Shown here one piece after another: positions 44,301 through 55,436 of a DNA stretch of 64,000 nucleotides. Origin of the DNA: Salisapilia sapeloensis CBS 127946 (lineage: Eukaryota > Protista > Oomycota); NCBI GenBank assembly GCA_023334545.1, contig JAADVB010000085.1, positions 3,176 through 67,175 on the forward strand, in the 5' to 3' direction. The notes beneath the pieces were generated by a model. The model was given only the letters and a program-made list of their open reading frames with translations. It made no database searches and was not told the DNA's origin. The translations under genes were made by a program, and so were the position numbers. The first letter of the stretch is position 1; each line of letters begins with the position of its first letter.

Positions 44301-46086
44301 AGACCGCTTTACTTTTACTTGTCTGATCCTACGATCATGTGACGATTTCGAAGTTCAAGGCTTCACCTATGCTACGAGCGGCAACGACTAGTCACCTATG
44401 CTTTAAGCATGTGCAAGGCCTACATAAGAGAATTGTCTGCTTTCAATGCATATCTGCGAGAAAATAGACAAGTCTTTAAAAGTTTCTACATTGGAAGAGG
44501 GTGCTTTCTTCCATTTTCGCATGCAAAGTTTTCTAAAGTTGCTAAGAAGACATTATATCGATCTGTGAAGCCTTCTTTGGACCCTCAAACCGAGCTGCAG
44601 TGGTACGCGGGTACATCAATCAGGTTTCCTGAATGAATCTGATCAAACCAACAGATGCAAGCAAGTACTTCAACGCTTGCGCTGATTAGATGTCCTGGTT
44701 GCAGGAGTGAAAGAAGGATCAAGCTTTAGCTTGACTGTATCTGCCTCAGAAACGAATTTTTTTAACGTCGTACACAGCAGCGTTCTATTACTGTAAACTT
44801 TTACGCATCGTTGTCGAGAAGCATGATTCGTAGACAACTACCCCTACTTGCTCGCCCTACCTTGTGATATTGATGCTGACGTGCGAATGCAGTTTGCTTG
44901 AAGAAGTACTGCATTTCTGAATGTCAAAAGGGATTCTGAGGGTCACAGAGTCGAAGTTGAAGTACGGAACCGCCAGGTCCGACATGCTTTGTACACTCTA
45001 CGAACCGGCATCACATAAACTCGATACAAATCCCAGACGCTCGATCCTGTCAAGATTCGGGGGATACTTTTAGCTAGTCATCCGTGGCGTGTGTACGTAC
45101 ATGGTTTCAGCGTACTTCTTTTATCCTGGTAGAGCCCAGCAGGTATGGTGCAGGCACAAGAGTTCAGAAGTGGTTGAACTTTGAAACATCTGTCGGAAAT
45201 CTTGCTCATGTCGTGGCTATGCGCGACCAGGCAAGGAAACTGTCAGCGATAGGCACCTACTTTTGGAAGAAAGAGGAGACGAGAGCGTAGTTTCAGAAGA
45301 GCTATTGGCTGAAACCATAGCTTCTTCTCATTGCAATCGGATGAAACTGAAAAAAGATGTTCCGGTGCCGGTTCTTCAGTTCTGTGCTACCTTGCCCTTT
45401 ACCCACAATCTTTCCTTCTTTCCGGAAATTTAGATACGTCTATACCTTACTTGGAATCCCATGTCTTTGCAAAGGCAATCATTCAAGCAGTTTGTCGAAT
45501 GTACTTGCCACAGGCACCGCAGCAAGATTTCTTTTTGCTGCACGCAAGCCTGATCTCGACAAAAAAGTTAACGTCGATCGTGTCCACGTCCGACGTGGCT
45601 GCAGACACCCCAATCAGCCGTTGAGTCAGCTTCGTTGTAGAGAGCCGACTCGAGCTTTTTTGTCATCTAGCCTTCGGCATCTACTCGATCACAAGTACCT
45701 GAATTCCGCCGACGAACACGAGTACAATCGTCGGGATACCGAATGAAACCCATGTCGCCACCCGTGTCCTCGTCTTACTTCTAAATTTAGCAACTTCAAA
45801 ATTGCACTTCCTGTACCCGGTTGAAACGAAGACACATGGTTGAACCACGGTGACGTGAATCGTCTCTGTATTCCAAGACATCGGCGGAAATCCTATGGTA
45901 TCTCTATCGTCCCGCATTAACCTGCCGCATTGAAGTAGCTTCATGCCACATCTTCAACCAGGAGTAAGCGCCCGGTTGTGATTTGCCCATTTTAAGTTCG
46001 AACGCTTCTTGCACACTTGCCAGACGACGTTCCTGTCGGCAAGCACCGGTTTCCGATAAACACGATACATACCACGCGTCTCCTTC

Positions 46087-47439
46087 GTGTGCACACCATT
46101 AACCTTTCCAATCGACAAAGCCATGACGTCGCTTGCTTCCAATGCGGCAGCGTTGCCACCACCGCCGCCATCTCTCCTCCGTTCGCCGCAGCTTTCCACA
46201 TCCGCTGCCCCGAACAATGCGCCTCCGACACTCCCAAAGCTCCAGCTTCCGCTTAAACTCGATGCAAGCTCGCCTCTCCGCGCATCTTCGACGCACTTCT
46301 CTGCCTCGTTTCCGACTTCCACCTCGATGGTACAACAGGGGTACAGTAGCCAATCACCGTCTTCCCCGAACGGATTCTCGCAGCTCCTCCAGGCCGTCGA
46401 GTACGCGCAGTACCGTCAATCGGCATCCCAAGTGCTTCCGACGGGCAAACGCAGTCGATCCGAGTCATATCCGCTACCATCACTCTACCGCGACTCGAGT
46501 TCCAGTGAGCGCTTGTTTAAGTATGCTCGAACGACGTTGCCTTCCATGAACATGATCAGTTCCTTGCCGCGCCAGTCCATGTCTCTCTCAGCACCGTTGG
46601 AATCCACTTCCTCTGCCGTCGCGCCACTCCCGCGTCCGACTTCTCCGACGGAAACGTCCAGTGGATCGGTTTGGGAAACGGTTCTTCGAACGGGTGAGTT
46701 TCCGTCCGAGCTGTGCCTGTCCGAGAACAACAGTGGGCAGGACGACTCGTCAGAAGATCGCGACGGCAGCCCTCGCGACATGGTCCGTGGACGATGGACC
46801 TTCCAAGAAACGGAGCGAGCGCAGACGCTCATTCACCAAGTCGAAAGCGGACTTGTGAAGCTTCCGGTTGGCATGTCTGCACGTCAGTACTTGGCCGACC
46901 ACTTGAACTGTGATCCGATGCGCGTAACCAAGAAGTGGGGAAACCTCCAGTACCGACTCGGCGGTGCTGATGAAACGAACGATGCGCATCCGCACATGAG
47001 TATTCGTCATATTATGAATGAAAACGGTGAGCCCCAGACATCCAAAGAAAAGAAGCCGGCTGTGCGAGCACTCAAGCGGTCAGACTACTCGCAACACCGA
47101 GTCGTCCGCAGCGGCAGATGGTCAAGCGAAGAAGAGACGTACGCGAAAGCGATGATCGAGGCCTTTAAGTCCGGATACCTTCCTCTCCACGGGAATGTCA
47201 GCCTTCGCAAATTTTTATCAGAAGTATTAATTTGCCATCCCATGCGTATCAGTAAGAAATTCGTCGGGTATGTCCGAAAGTATCATTGGTACCGCATCGC
47301 CGCGCGCGAGTGTGACCCGTCCGCTCGGCGGGAGGCGCTAGAGCATTTGTGCCAGTTGGAGCGCAAGTTCTGGTCAAGTTTACAGCAGACGGGGGAGTTC
47401 CCGCCGGCCCCTCGATCGCCCAACGTCCTGTACAAGTGA
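46087..47439 (+). CDS. Putative transcription factor with two stramenopile-type Myb-like repeats
   Basis: RGRWTFQETERAQTLIHQVESGLV...LNCDPMRVTKKW and RSGRWSSEEETYAKAMIEAFKSGYL...LICHPMRISKKF, preceded by a long S/P-rich disordered region. Confidence 0.75.
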   Translation: MCTPLTFPIDKAMTSLASNAAALPPPPPSLLRSPQLSTSAAPNNAPPTLPKLQLPLKLDASSPLRASSTHFSASFPTSTSMVQQGYSSQSPSSPNGFSQLLQAVEYAQYRQSASQVLPTGKRSRSESYPLPSLYRDSSSSERLFKYARTTLPSMNMISSLPRQSMSLSAPLESTSSAVAPLPRPTSPTETSSGSVWETVLRTGEFPSELCLSENNSGQDDSSEDRDGSPRDMVRGRWTFQETERAQTLIHQVESGLVKLPVGMSARQYLADHLNCDPMRVTKKWGNLQYRLGGADETNDAHPHMSIRHIMNENGEPQTSKEKKPAVRALKRSDYSQHRVVRSGRWSSEEETYAKAMIEAFKSGYLPLHGNVSLRKFLSEVLICHPMRISKKFVGYVRKYHWYRIAARECDPSARREALEHLCQLERKFWSSLQQTGEFPPAPRSPNVLYK

Positions 47440-47614
47440 GCTCATGGGTCGAGTGCCTTACATGTTGTGTATGGAGGTGAATAATAATGTAGTGTCTTTG
47501 CATCTTGGTATTTGTATGTGGTGCGTTTTTGCAATTTACAAAGGACCTGTGACGATTTGTAGAATCAGACACTCAGGTGCGAATTTGTAAAGCTTGTTCC
47601 TTGTGCGTCGGATA

Positions 47615-50611
47615 ATGCGGATGCACCAGGTACATCGATCTCGATGGCGAAAGAGATTGGTGCTAGTGTCCGTTGCAGGTGGAGTGTCTGCATTAGGCTA
47701 CTCTCACTGGCATGAACAGTTTGATACGAACTCTCAGGCATCGAGCATGCCGTTAATGCTTCGATCGACTCGTGTGATCGCGAATGGCATGCAGCGTCGA
47801 TTGCCACAAGGAGAAAACTATGCAAGTAGAATGGTACAACAAATACAGGAGATGCCATGGGATGAGATCTATCAGAGACCTCGCGCGAAACTCACTGCTC
47901 TTGCAGCAGAACACATCACAGACACGATCTACGATCAGCAGGAAGGTACTAGATGGACGGAGCTCTTACGATCCCTAGTCTATCAAGGTGCTATCGAGAT
48001 TCTATTCCAGCACTTTGCATTGAATCAACCGACGGACCGGTTGCAGCTACAGCGTCAAGTAGCCTGCTTGACGTGGTTGCTCGGCGTGACAAGTAAATGG
48101 GAGCCGGATGATGTCACTAGATCCCGCTCCTTGCATATTCCTTTAGCATCCGTAGGCTCTGCTTTATACCATCTAGATCAACAGAACACACTTGGTGCCT
48201 CTGACTGGTTAAGACTCGGTGACTTGCTCATGCGCCTACAAATTCGTACTGAAGAGGAGGATTCTCTAGCATTTACTACCTCCTCTCGATCGAGTCTTCC
48301 GTTTGAACTAGGTGCAGAAGGTTTCACGCACTTGCTGTCTTCGTCCTTACCACCTTCTATTCAACAGTTTAGTCTCTGGGCCTTGTCCTACATGCTGCAA
48401 GGCGTCCTATCGTCTAAACATGGTCACAGTCGCCACGTCTCTCCTTTCTTCGCTCCTGAAACAACAGCCAACGTCCTGAACCTTTCTCCATCTAACATGC
48501 GACTGCAGTTGAGAGCAGCAGAGTTGCTCGATCTGATCTTACAAGCCGTAGCTCAGAACGCAGCATCAGCTACATCCGATATGCTAGATCACTACTTGGA
48601 CAAGATCCAAATATGGATGCAAAGCGATCGTTCTGACCTGCAGCTCGCTGCCGCTAAGTGTCTTCGAACGATGACAGAACACCCAGTCTGTCGCAAAGCT
48701 CTGTTCGACTCACCAGAGACCATGCAAGCACTCTTCCACTGCACCCGTAGCCTCCACGAACGTCAGCAGACACTAGCGAAAGAAATATTGCTATCCAAAG
48801 ACCTCGATATTCAAGAGCAAGTTTCTCGTGTTTTTAGAAACTTGTGTTTATCGACCAAAGATGCAGACTATCTCATGGAAGCCTTTCGAGACGACGATGG
48901 TGAAGAAGCGACGGCCGTGTGGGAATCGAAGCGGACGCTACCAATGTCCAAGGCACTACGTGGTGCTCAAGACGTGACAGATCTGCCTGTCATCGGTGCA
49001 GATGAATATAACGCCAGTACACAGTTCGGATGGGTCGACATCCTCACGTCTTGGACAGGTAGCGACCGACCCTGCATCAGGTCCGACGCGATCGACAGTC
49101 TCTACCATCTCGCAGCACCGCCCCTCTCCGATGTCGCTCAAGGTGACCACGTTACGTTAGATAATAGACAGTTACATATCTTGCAGGCTTGGCTCATGAG
49201 TATGCTCCAGCGTGTACGTAACGAGTCCGAGGGAGGTGAACTGCTTGCTGTCCAACAGCTCGAAGCTATTGCACAAGTCTCGGACGACTTCACACCAGGA
49301 AATGAGCGCATTCTCTTTAACCCAGCAGTTGTCGACGCCGGTGTTGATGCTCTCGCGACTCTGGCAGAGACACATCATGACCAGTTACTTCGGGAAGGAG
49401 CTGTTCCTCTCTTAGCACTACTAGGTATCTCAGCTCCACGTTCACCAGAGGATGGATATGACATTCGAACGCAATGTGCTCGTGTCCTGGCGAATTTGTC
49501 TGCTTCGAGCTGTCATCAAATAGAACAAATATCGTATAAGAGACGAGAGGAGGATGAAAAGGATATTGAGGTGCAGCTACAGCAGACTGTTAGTGGACGA
49601 CGCTTTTGGCATTTGATGCAGAGGTGGTGGGATCTAGATTTAGATCCGATCCGTCGATCCAACTACTTTCGAGCAGTACAGAATACAGAAGCGTATGTGG
49701 ATGGAAAGAAGCGTGGACATGTCGTTAAAGACGTGTACCATGAAGGCGTCCATCCTATCTTGTCACCGACGATGATCGCTCGGAAGCAGGTCGAACAAGA
49801 TGCAAGTGACGAAGAGCCATCGGCAGACTTGGATGTCGTCTTTGTCCATGGACTTCGAGGTGACCCGTTCGGTACGTGGCGTACAGATATGAACGAGCCG
49901 CTTTCATCTACTAACGACGTATGGCCGGATACACTATTATCGCCTGACTTGGTGGACAATCACGGTATTGAAACGAGGATCGTGACACTTGGATATGAAG
50001 CAAATCTAGTTAGTTGGTCCAGTCCATGGCCAGCGTTGACACTACAGGAGAGAGCGGGTGTGATGTTAAATGCTTTATCTGCTGCCAACATCGGCAGTAG
50101 ACCAGTCGTCTTCGTAGCCCACTCGATGGGCGGTCTCCTGGTTAAGAAGATGCTACTACTGGCTGCTCAGAGTCAAGATAGAAACCTAACGTCTTTGATA
50201 CACAACACACTCGGCACCGTTTTCTTAGCCGTCCCGCACTTTGGATCGGATCTCGGTGGCTACATGGGTGGCTCCGAATCCGTTCGATCGATGCTGCGAG
50301 CGCATCCGGCATTAGAAGATCTGTGTGCGCCACGTCACGACGGTCGTCTGGAGCAACTGAACGACTCATTTGCAGCACTGAATATTAGTTGCATTAACTT
50401 TGGTGAAGAGAAGGCATCTCCGTTGGGTTTTGGTATCTCCGCCATGGTTGTCAAGCCAGAATCCGCCGATCCAGGTATCGGCAGCTTCCGTACGATACCT
50501 GACTCGGACCACATGACTATATGTAAAGCCAAATCAGAGGATTCGCCGTTATATCAAGAAGTACGTAACTACATACTGAAATGTGTGGATAATGCACGCA
50601 GACAGCAATAG
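47615..50611 (+). CDS. SERAC1: SERAC1-like protein (ARM-like region + PGAP1-type alpha/beta hydrolase)
   Basis: DVVFVHGLRG...TWR, WPD.LL, RPVVFVAHSMGGLLVKKML (GxSxG-type nucleophile), FLAVPHFGS, DHMTICK; basic N-terminus followed by a hydrophobic segment. Confidence 0.85.
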   Translation: MRMHQVHRSRWRKRLVLVSVAGGVSALGYSHWHEQFDTNSQASSMPLMLRSTRVIANGMQRRLPQGENYASRMVQQIQEMPWDEIYQRPRAKLTALAAEHITDTIYDQQEGTRWTELLRSLVYQGAIEILFQHFALNQPTDRLQLQRQVACLTWLLGVTSKWEPDDVTRSRSLHIPLASVGSALYHLDQQNTLGASDWLRLGDLLMRLQIRTEEEDSLAFTTSSRSSLPFELGAEGFTHLLSSSLPPSIQQFSLWALSYMLQGVLSSKHGHSRHVSPFFAPETTANVLNLSPSNMRLQLRAAELLDLILQAVAQNAASATSDMLDHYLDKIQIWMQSDRSDLQLAAAKCLRTMTEHPVCRKALFDSPETMQALFHCTRSLHERQQTLAKEILLSKDLDIQEQVSRVFRNLCLSTKDADYLMEAFRDDDGEEATAVWESKRTLPMSKALRGAQDVTDLPVIGADEYNASTQFGWVDILTSWTGSDRPCIRSDAIDSLYHLAAPPLSDVAQGDHVTLDNRQLHILQAWLMSMLQRVRNESEGGELLAVQQLEAIAQVSDDFTPGNERILFNPAVVDAGVDALATLAETHHDQLLREGAVPLLALLGISAPRSPEDGYDIRTQCARVLANLSASSCHQIEQISYKRREEDEKDIEVQLQQTVSGRRFWHLMQRWWDLDLDPIRRSNYFRAVQNTEAYVDGKKRGHVVKDVYHEGVHPILSPTMIARKQVEQDASDEEPSADLDVVFVHGLRGDPFGTWRTDMNEPLSSTNDVWPDTLLSPDLVDNHGIETRIVTLGYEANLVSWSSPWPALTLQERAGVMLNALSAANIGSRPVVFVAHSMGGLLVKKMLLLAAQSQDRNLTSLIHNTLGTVFLAVPHFGSDLGGYMGGSESVRSMLRAHPALEDLCAPRHDGRLEQLNDSFAALNISCINFGEEKASPLGFGISAMVVKPESADPGIGSFRTIPDSDHMTICKAKSEDSPLYQEVRNYILKCVDNARRQQ

Positions 50612-50784
50612 ACGCAGTGGTAGTTTTGTCATCTTCCTATTAAGCTTCCACATAACTTCAATACTACCAACCAGTTTGTTTATTTTAATACAAGACAAAT
50701 ACTCTATATTTGTATAGTTGATGTATGTAGTATTTTAGTGGAACTTGGCATACAGAATCATTGGCCGGTGGACACTTGGGCACG

Positions 50785-51381
50785 ATGACAGCGGATGCAG
50801 CAGTGGCGATGCCGCTCATGGGAAAGAAGATGAAGCAACAGCTTGGTGGACGTGCCAATGAGGCAGCTGCAGCGGCAGTGTCCGACTTTGCGAAACGTCA
50901 GATGGCCAAGATGGGCTGGACGGATGGCAAAGGCCTTGGTAAGAATGAGCAAGGGATTAAATCCCACGTGCGTGTCAAGCAGCGTGAACAGAATGCTGGA
51001 GTGGGTGTGGAAAAAGTCGCTGTAGAGGAACAGTCCTCCCAGTGGTGGTATGGCGCGTACGACAAATTGGCTGGTAAAATCCAAATCGATGCGAGTGACG
51101 AGGAAGGCGAGACGAAGAAAAAGAAGGATAAAAAGAGTAAGAAGAAGCGCAAGCGAGAAGCAGAAAGCAGCTCAACCAAGTTCAGCATTCCAACAGATGA
51201 AGAGCTCTTTGCAGCGACAGGTGGAAAGCTCTATGGCCGACGTGCCTATGGCTCTTGCACTGGCAAGCTAAAGCGCGATGAGATGCACGTCGCCGGTGTT
51301 TTGATCAAAGAGAAGACGACAAAGGTCGAAGGTGACAAGAAGGAGAAGAAGAAGAAAGCCAAGAAAAGCAAGTCGGCATAA
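50785..51381 (+). CDS. G-patch domain protein (GPATCH4/PinX1-like, probably nucleolar)
   Basis: FAKRQMAKMGWTDGKGLGKNEQGI..HV.V...G.G; IPTDEELFAATGG; lysine-rich tail. Confidence 0.85.
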   Translation: MTADAAVAMPLMGKKMKQQLGGRANEAAAAAVSDFAKRQMAKMGWTDGKGLGKNEQGIKSHVRVKQREQNAGVGVEKVAVEEQSSQWWYGAYDKLAGKIQIDASDEEGETKKKKDKKSKKKRKREAESSSTKFSIPTDEELFAATGGKLYGRRAYGSCTGKLKRDEMHVAGVLIKEKTTKVEGDKKEKKKKAKKSKSA

Positions 51382-51464
51382 AGTTGTAGTTTACTTTTGA
51401 ATATAGGTATGTTTTGTCCCATCAACTTTCCAAATGTATTTATATATCATGCATCTATCCTTCC

Positions 51465-54400
51465 TCAGCGTTGGTTCTCCAATCGTTCAATGGCAAATCG
51501 AATCATATAGATCCAATTTTCCACCTCTGCCTCGCTCTCGACAGCCACATAGAACGCTCGTCGCTGGCTCATCAAAAACCGACCTTTAGTCCACTCCACC
51601 ACCTCTACTTTGAAGCAGTGGTCCCGTCCTGCCAGCTCTGGGTCACAAGCTTCCACTCGTGCATGATGTAAGAATAGAGCTGTGCTTCTTCCTAGTTGAG
51701 ACCCGCTCATTTCTTCCGTCTGCAGCAACAGCCTCGAGTCTTGTAGCACTGCGTATCGACGTTTCCACATCTTGGCATTCGCTAGTCCCTTGACATTAAG
51801 TTTCGCGAAGAAACTGCGGAACTTGCGGACGTTTACATGTCCAGACTTGAGTCGTTGGAACGTCGGTAACGTTCGTACAGGTGATCGTGACGTATGAGTT
51901 GCATTCAACGCCTCAGGAGACGACGTTCCACTACGGGACGAGTCAATCATCTGGATATCAACACGCAAAGCAATGTGCTTCTTGGCGTTCATCCGTTCAC
52001 TAAAGAGCATTCGCAACTGCTTTTCATGCTGCTCTCGCGCATCCGTCACGCGCGCCTGGAGCTTATCTACTTGACCACATAGCATCTGACCTCGCACAGC
52101 ATCTTGCATGAACCCATGACCAAACTCGAATTTACGTCGAAGGCCAGTAATCGCATGTGCCTCTCGCTTCACTGGTCGTATCATGCCGAGTCGCTCCAAC
52201 TCTTCCAAGTCCTCTGAGAATTTGTTCGCATGCGCCTTGATCGGACACGCTTCACGCAGTATCTCGTCATCAAACACAGGTCCGATGACACTCGCTGTCT
52301 TCATCAGTATGCGTTGGGAAGCCGTCAAAGTGTCCAGCATACTCGCCAGTATGCTCTTCACAGCCGCAGGTGGATGCAACGCGACACAGTGCTTTAGGTC
52401 AGGTGAAGCGACTTGAGTGTGTGGTAAGAACAAGGACAGAACTCGATGCTTGTGCTTCCCGTCCTTACTCTTCGTCGGCGTGCTGCATCCAGTCGTGTGT
52501 TCCAAGCTAGGTTTCCGCGTCGCCGAGAGGGCGTAGCATCCACAGCAATGCCGCACTTCATGTGCCGATCCACCAGCAATCTTACGACGGCAAGCCTGCG
52601 GCGTACACGCTTCACAAAAGACATATCCACAGCATTTACATCTTCTCTTCTCCTTCGTTTTCAAAGGAACGTGACAATGGAAACACGAGTGAGCTCGATG
52701 CTTATCTCCCCATGGCTCCTGCACTATCAACTTACAAGTCTGTCGCTGTTCATCTACTTGGACGACTCCTTGGTTCCGCAAGTCGTTCACCACCTCCTTC
52801 AAGAACAAAGGACTGCCTTGACATCTAGATACAAGCAATTTCAAAAGATCAGCAGGGACACTCTGTACATCCAAGAGTTCTCGTGCTAGATCTTCCACTT
52901 CAGCTGAACATAAGGCTTCGAGATAGACGTGCTCACTCGCATGCAACTGCCGCAGTGCACGTAGTCTCTTGCCGAATGAACTAGACTCTGTATGTTCATT
53001 CAACGCTCGAGCTGGTGGACGTGTTCCGAGGACCACGAGGCAATTGGTAAAGTACCTCGCGACGATCGTTGCGACTGTCCAGGATGCAGCATCCAAGTGC
53101 ATCGCGTTATCCAGACAAAAGATAGTCACTCGTTCCCGAGACATGGCATGCAGAGCACACAGGAAGAGGACACCTCGGAGGTCTAGATCGTCTGGTGTCC
53201 AGTCCAAGTCGTCCTGGTTCTCATCCGAGACAGACCTCTCTCTCCTCCCTCGTTCCAAGTCCGCTTCCAACAACTCCATAAACCACGAAGCTAGCTCTCC
53301 TTCTGCTTGACTAGTATCCCTCTGGTTACCAGAACTCGACTCTCCTGTCGTGTCCTCCATGTCGCTTCCAAAGATAGGAGACAGGACATGCGCGTACTGG
53401 ATGAGCGTCGTATTCGGAGCAGACCCACTGATGATCTGTCTCTTCATGAAATTCGCGACACGTGCTTTCCGCTGAGCTTCCGTTTCTTCCTTGAGCTTCC
53501 TTGGAGACCTCTTATTGGGAACCTCGCTCTCTTCCGTTGCTGCTTGTGCCACAAGTTCAGCCCAGACAGCGTACGGCTGTCGAGTGGAGAACGCACTCGC
53601 TGTAGCTTGGAAGACACGATACCCTCCTGCCTCTGGACTCGCCAGGGTCGATCGCAACAGGACGCTCTTGCCAATACCTGCTCCGCCCTCTAGCACAAAG
53701 GCTCCTCCAGGACTATACCGATTGATCCGAGAGCTCTTATCAAGTAGAGCTCGCCGGACGTTGAGGAAACTATCGCTCATGATAATAGCGTCCGCATCTA
53801 ACGACGTCTGCTGCTGCGTACGACGACTGAGCTTAGTTTGAGCTTCGCGCACTTGGATGCAGTGCATGGCTTCCAATAAATTACTGATCTGCTTCGGCTT
53901 GCTTTGGGATGCTGGAAGTGCTACGGCAACGCTCCTATCTCGTACGTTCGTCTTGGACGCAACGAGGTAGTCGACGAGGATGGACATACGAGGGTATGGT
54001 CGATGGATGTTAACGCTGTCGTTCTTGCCTTTCACCATGATCTGCGGACGTGACTCGAAGAGAAGTGCGTGAGACGACCGACGCTCGGTCGTTTCGTCTG
54101 TGATCACACCGCCATTCTCCGTCTTGGCCTTTTGCATCAAACGAGCACTTAGATTGACAATGTTGCCTAGGATCGTGTACTCTCGTCTGTTGCCTTGGTG
54201 TCCGACGATCCCACAGAACGCAACACCAGTTGTGACACCAACTGACGCTCGGAGTTGGAGTGGCGCTAATGCGGCTCGGATAGCGAGACTTGCCAAGATG
54301 CCACGTACAGGATCATCTTCGTGTGCGACTGGTGGTAATCCAAAGGCAGCGATGACCGTGCTGCCTTTATCGTCCACTAGGAACTTATTTATCGTGCCTT

Positions 54401-55436
54401 CATACTCATATACGCACGCTTGGACACGTCTGAAGGCTTCATGCAGCCGATGGACACCTGCGACGTCTAGCATATCCGCTAGATCTTCATCGCCAAAGCC
54501 AAGATTAATAAAAAGGACCGTCACGTCTCGTATTTCCGATCCCCAGAACTCGTCCTGAGCATCTAGATATGGCCACACAGCTCGAGGGACATACTGCTGC
54601 ATTCGTAAGTGTAGCTGAGCATCGTCACGTGTGAAGGACGCACGCCGAGAACAGATTTTTATAGCTTCACGCACACTTTTGATCTTGTAAAAGTTTCCAG
54701 TGGATGCCTGGATGGCACTCGCATCGACAAACTGACGTAGATGGTTCCAGCAAGCAGAGGAACAGATGACGTCACCAGGTTCTGCCTGGTGCTCAGACTG
54801 GAACGCTTGCTCTAGTGCTGGACCGACGGCAATGCACTCGATACGATTGATTGCACTATCGGACTCACCTCCGAGGTGAGCAAACGTTGCGGCACCGAGA
54901 CCGATGCCCATCTTGACACTCAGGACGACACCTGGTGCTAAGTCCGCTTCGTGCAAGTAGCTCTGAACTTTTAACGCTGTCTGGACACACCGTCGTAAGC
55001 ACGTTTGCAATGAATCGTGCTTGTTCTCTCGCCAAAAGACTAGGATGGCATCTCCTGCGAACTTGAAGACGTCTCCACCGGCACTCGAGATGAGACGTAG
55101 GAGCTGCTCAAAGTAGGAATTCAAGTGCTTGCTGAGCATCTCTGCGCCGACGGGACCTCTTGCAGCGAGTGACTCAGTCATGGCCGTGAAGCCTGAAACG
55201 TCAGCAAACATGGACACGACTTGGGCAGTGTGAGTTTCTGGAAGTTGCGGCGTTTGCGTCTGTTGCTCCAAGTGACTGCGGACGATTGCTGGTAGGTAGG
55301 CCGTGAGACGCATGTCGAGCTCTTTGTGCATTCCTAGCGAGTGACTAAGCGGACTGGACGACTTGACAGGAGACTTGGCCGTCGTCCGTGGCTGTATCGA
55401 CACTGGGGACGGTATGGATATGTCTGAGGCAGGCAT
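51465..55436 (-). CDS. Soluble-type (ADCY10-like) adenylyl cyclase: tandem class III cyclase domains - STAND NTPase - FYVE-like finger - PH domain
   Basis: MFADVSGFT, KFAGDA, VKMGIG; VLFINL, INKFLVDDKG, GNIVNLSARLM; P-loop GGAGIGKS; C..C...RRCKCCGYVFCEAC...CCGC; PH KMWKRRYAVL...CFKV...FYVAVESEAEVENWIYMIR. First internal ATG at 55436. Confidence 0.88.
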   Translation of the reverse strand: MPASDISIPSPVSIQPRTTAKSPVKSSSPLSHSLGMHKELDMRLTAYLPAIVRSHLEQQTQTPQLPETHTAQVVSMFADVSGFTAMTESLAARGPVGAEMLSKHLNSYFEQLLRLISSAGGDVFKFAGDAILVFWRENKHDSLQTCLRRCVQTALKVQSYLHEADLAPGVVLSVKMGIGLGAATFAHLGGESDSAINRIECIAVGPALEQAFQSEHQAEPGDVICSSACWNHLRQFVDASAIQASTGNFYKIKSVREAIKICSRRASFTRDDAQLHLRMQQYVPRAVWPYLDAQDEFWGSEIRDVTVLFINLGFGDEDLADMLDVAGVHRLHEAFRRVQACVYEYEGTINKFLVDDKGSTVIAAFGLPPVAHEDDPVRGILASLAIRAALAPLQLRASVGVTTGVAFCGIVGHQGNRREYTILGNIVNLSARLMQKAKTENGGVITDETTERRSSHALLFESRPQIMVKGKNDSVNIHRPYPRMSILVDYLVASKTNVRDRSVAVALPASQSKPKQISNLLEAMHCIQVREAQTKLSRRTQQQTSLDADAIIMSDSFLNVRRALLDKSSRINRYSPGGAFVLEGGAGIGKSVLLRSTLASPEAGGYRVFQATASAFSTRQPYAVWAELVAQAATEESEVPNKRSPRKLKEETEAQRKARVANFMKRQIISGSAPNTTLIQYAHVLSPIFGSDMEDTTGESSSGNQRDTSQAEGELASWFMELLEADLERGRRERSVSDENQDDLDWTPDDLDLRGVLFLCALHAMSRERVTIFCLDNAMHLDAASWTVATIVARYFTNCLVVLGTRPPARALNEHTESSSFGKRLRALRQLHASEHVYLEALCSAEVEDLARELLDVQSVPADLLKLLVSRCQGSPLFLKEVVNDLRNQGVVQVDEQRQTCKLIVQEPWGDKHRAHSCFHCHVPLKTKEKRRCKCCGYVFCEACTPQACRRKIAGGSAHEVRHCCGCYALSATRKPSLEHTTGCSTPTKSKDGKHKHRVLSLFLPHTQVASPDLKHCVALHPPAAVKSILASMLDTLTASQRILMKTASVIGPVFDDEILREACPIKAHANKFSEDLEELERLGMIRPVKREAHAITGLRRKFEFGHGFMQDAVRGQMLCGQVDKLQARVTDAREQHEKQLRMLFSERMNAKKHIALRVDIQMIDSSRSGTSSPEALNATHTSRSPVRTLPTFQRLKSGHVNVRKFRSFFAKLNVKGLANAKMWKRRYAVLQDSRLLLQTEEMSGSQLGRSTALFLHHARVEACDPELAGRDHCFKVEVVEWTKGRFLMSQRRAFYVAVESEAEVENWIYMIRFAIERLENQR

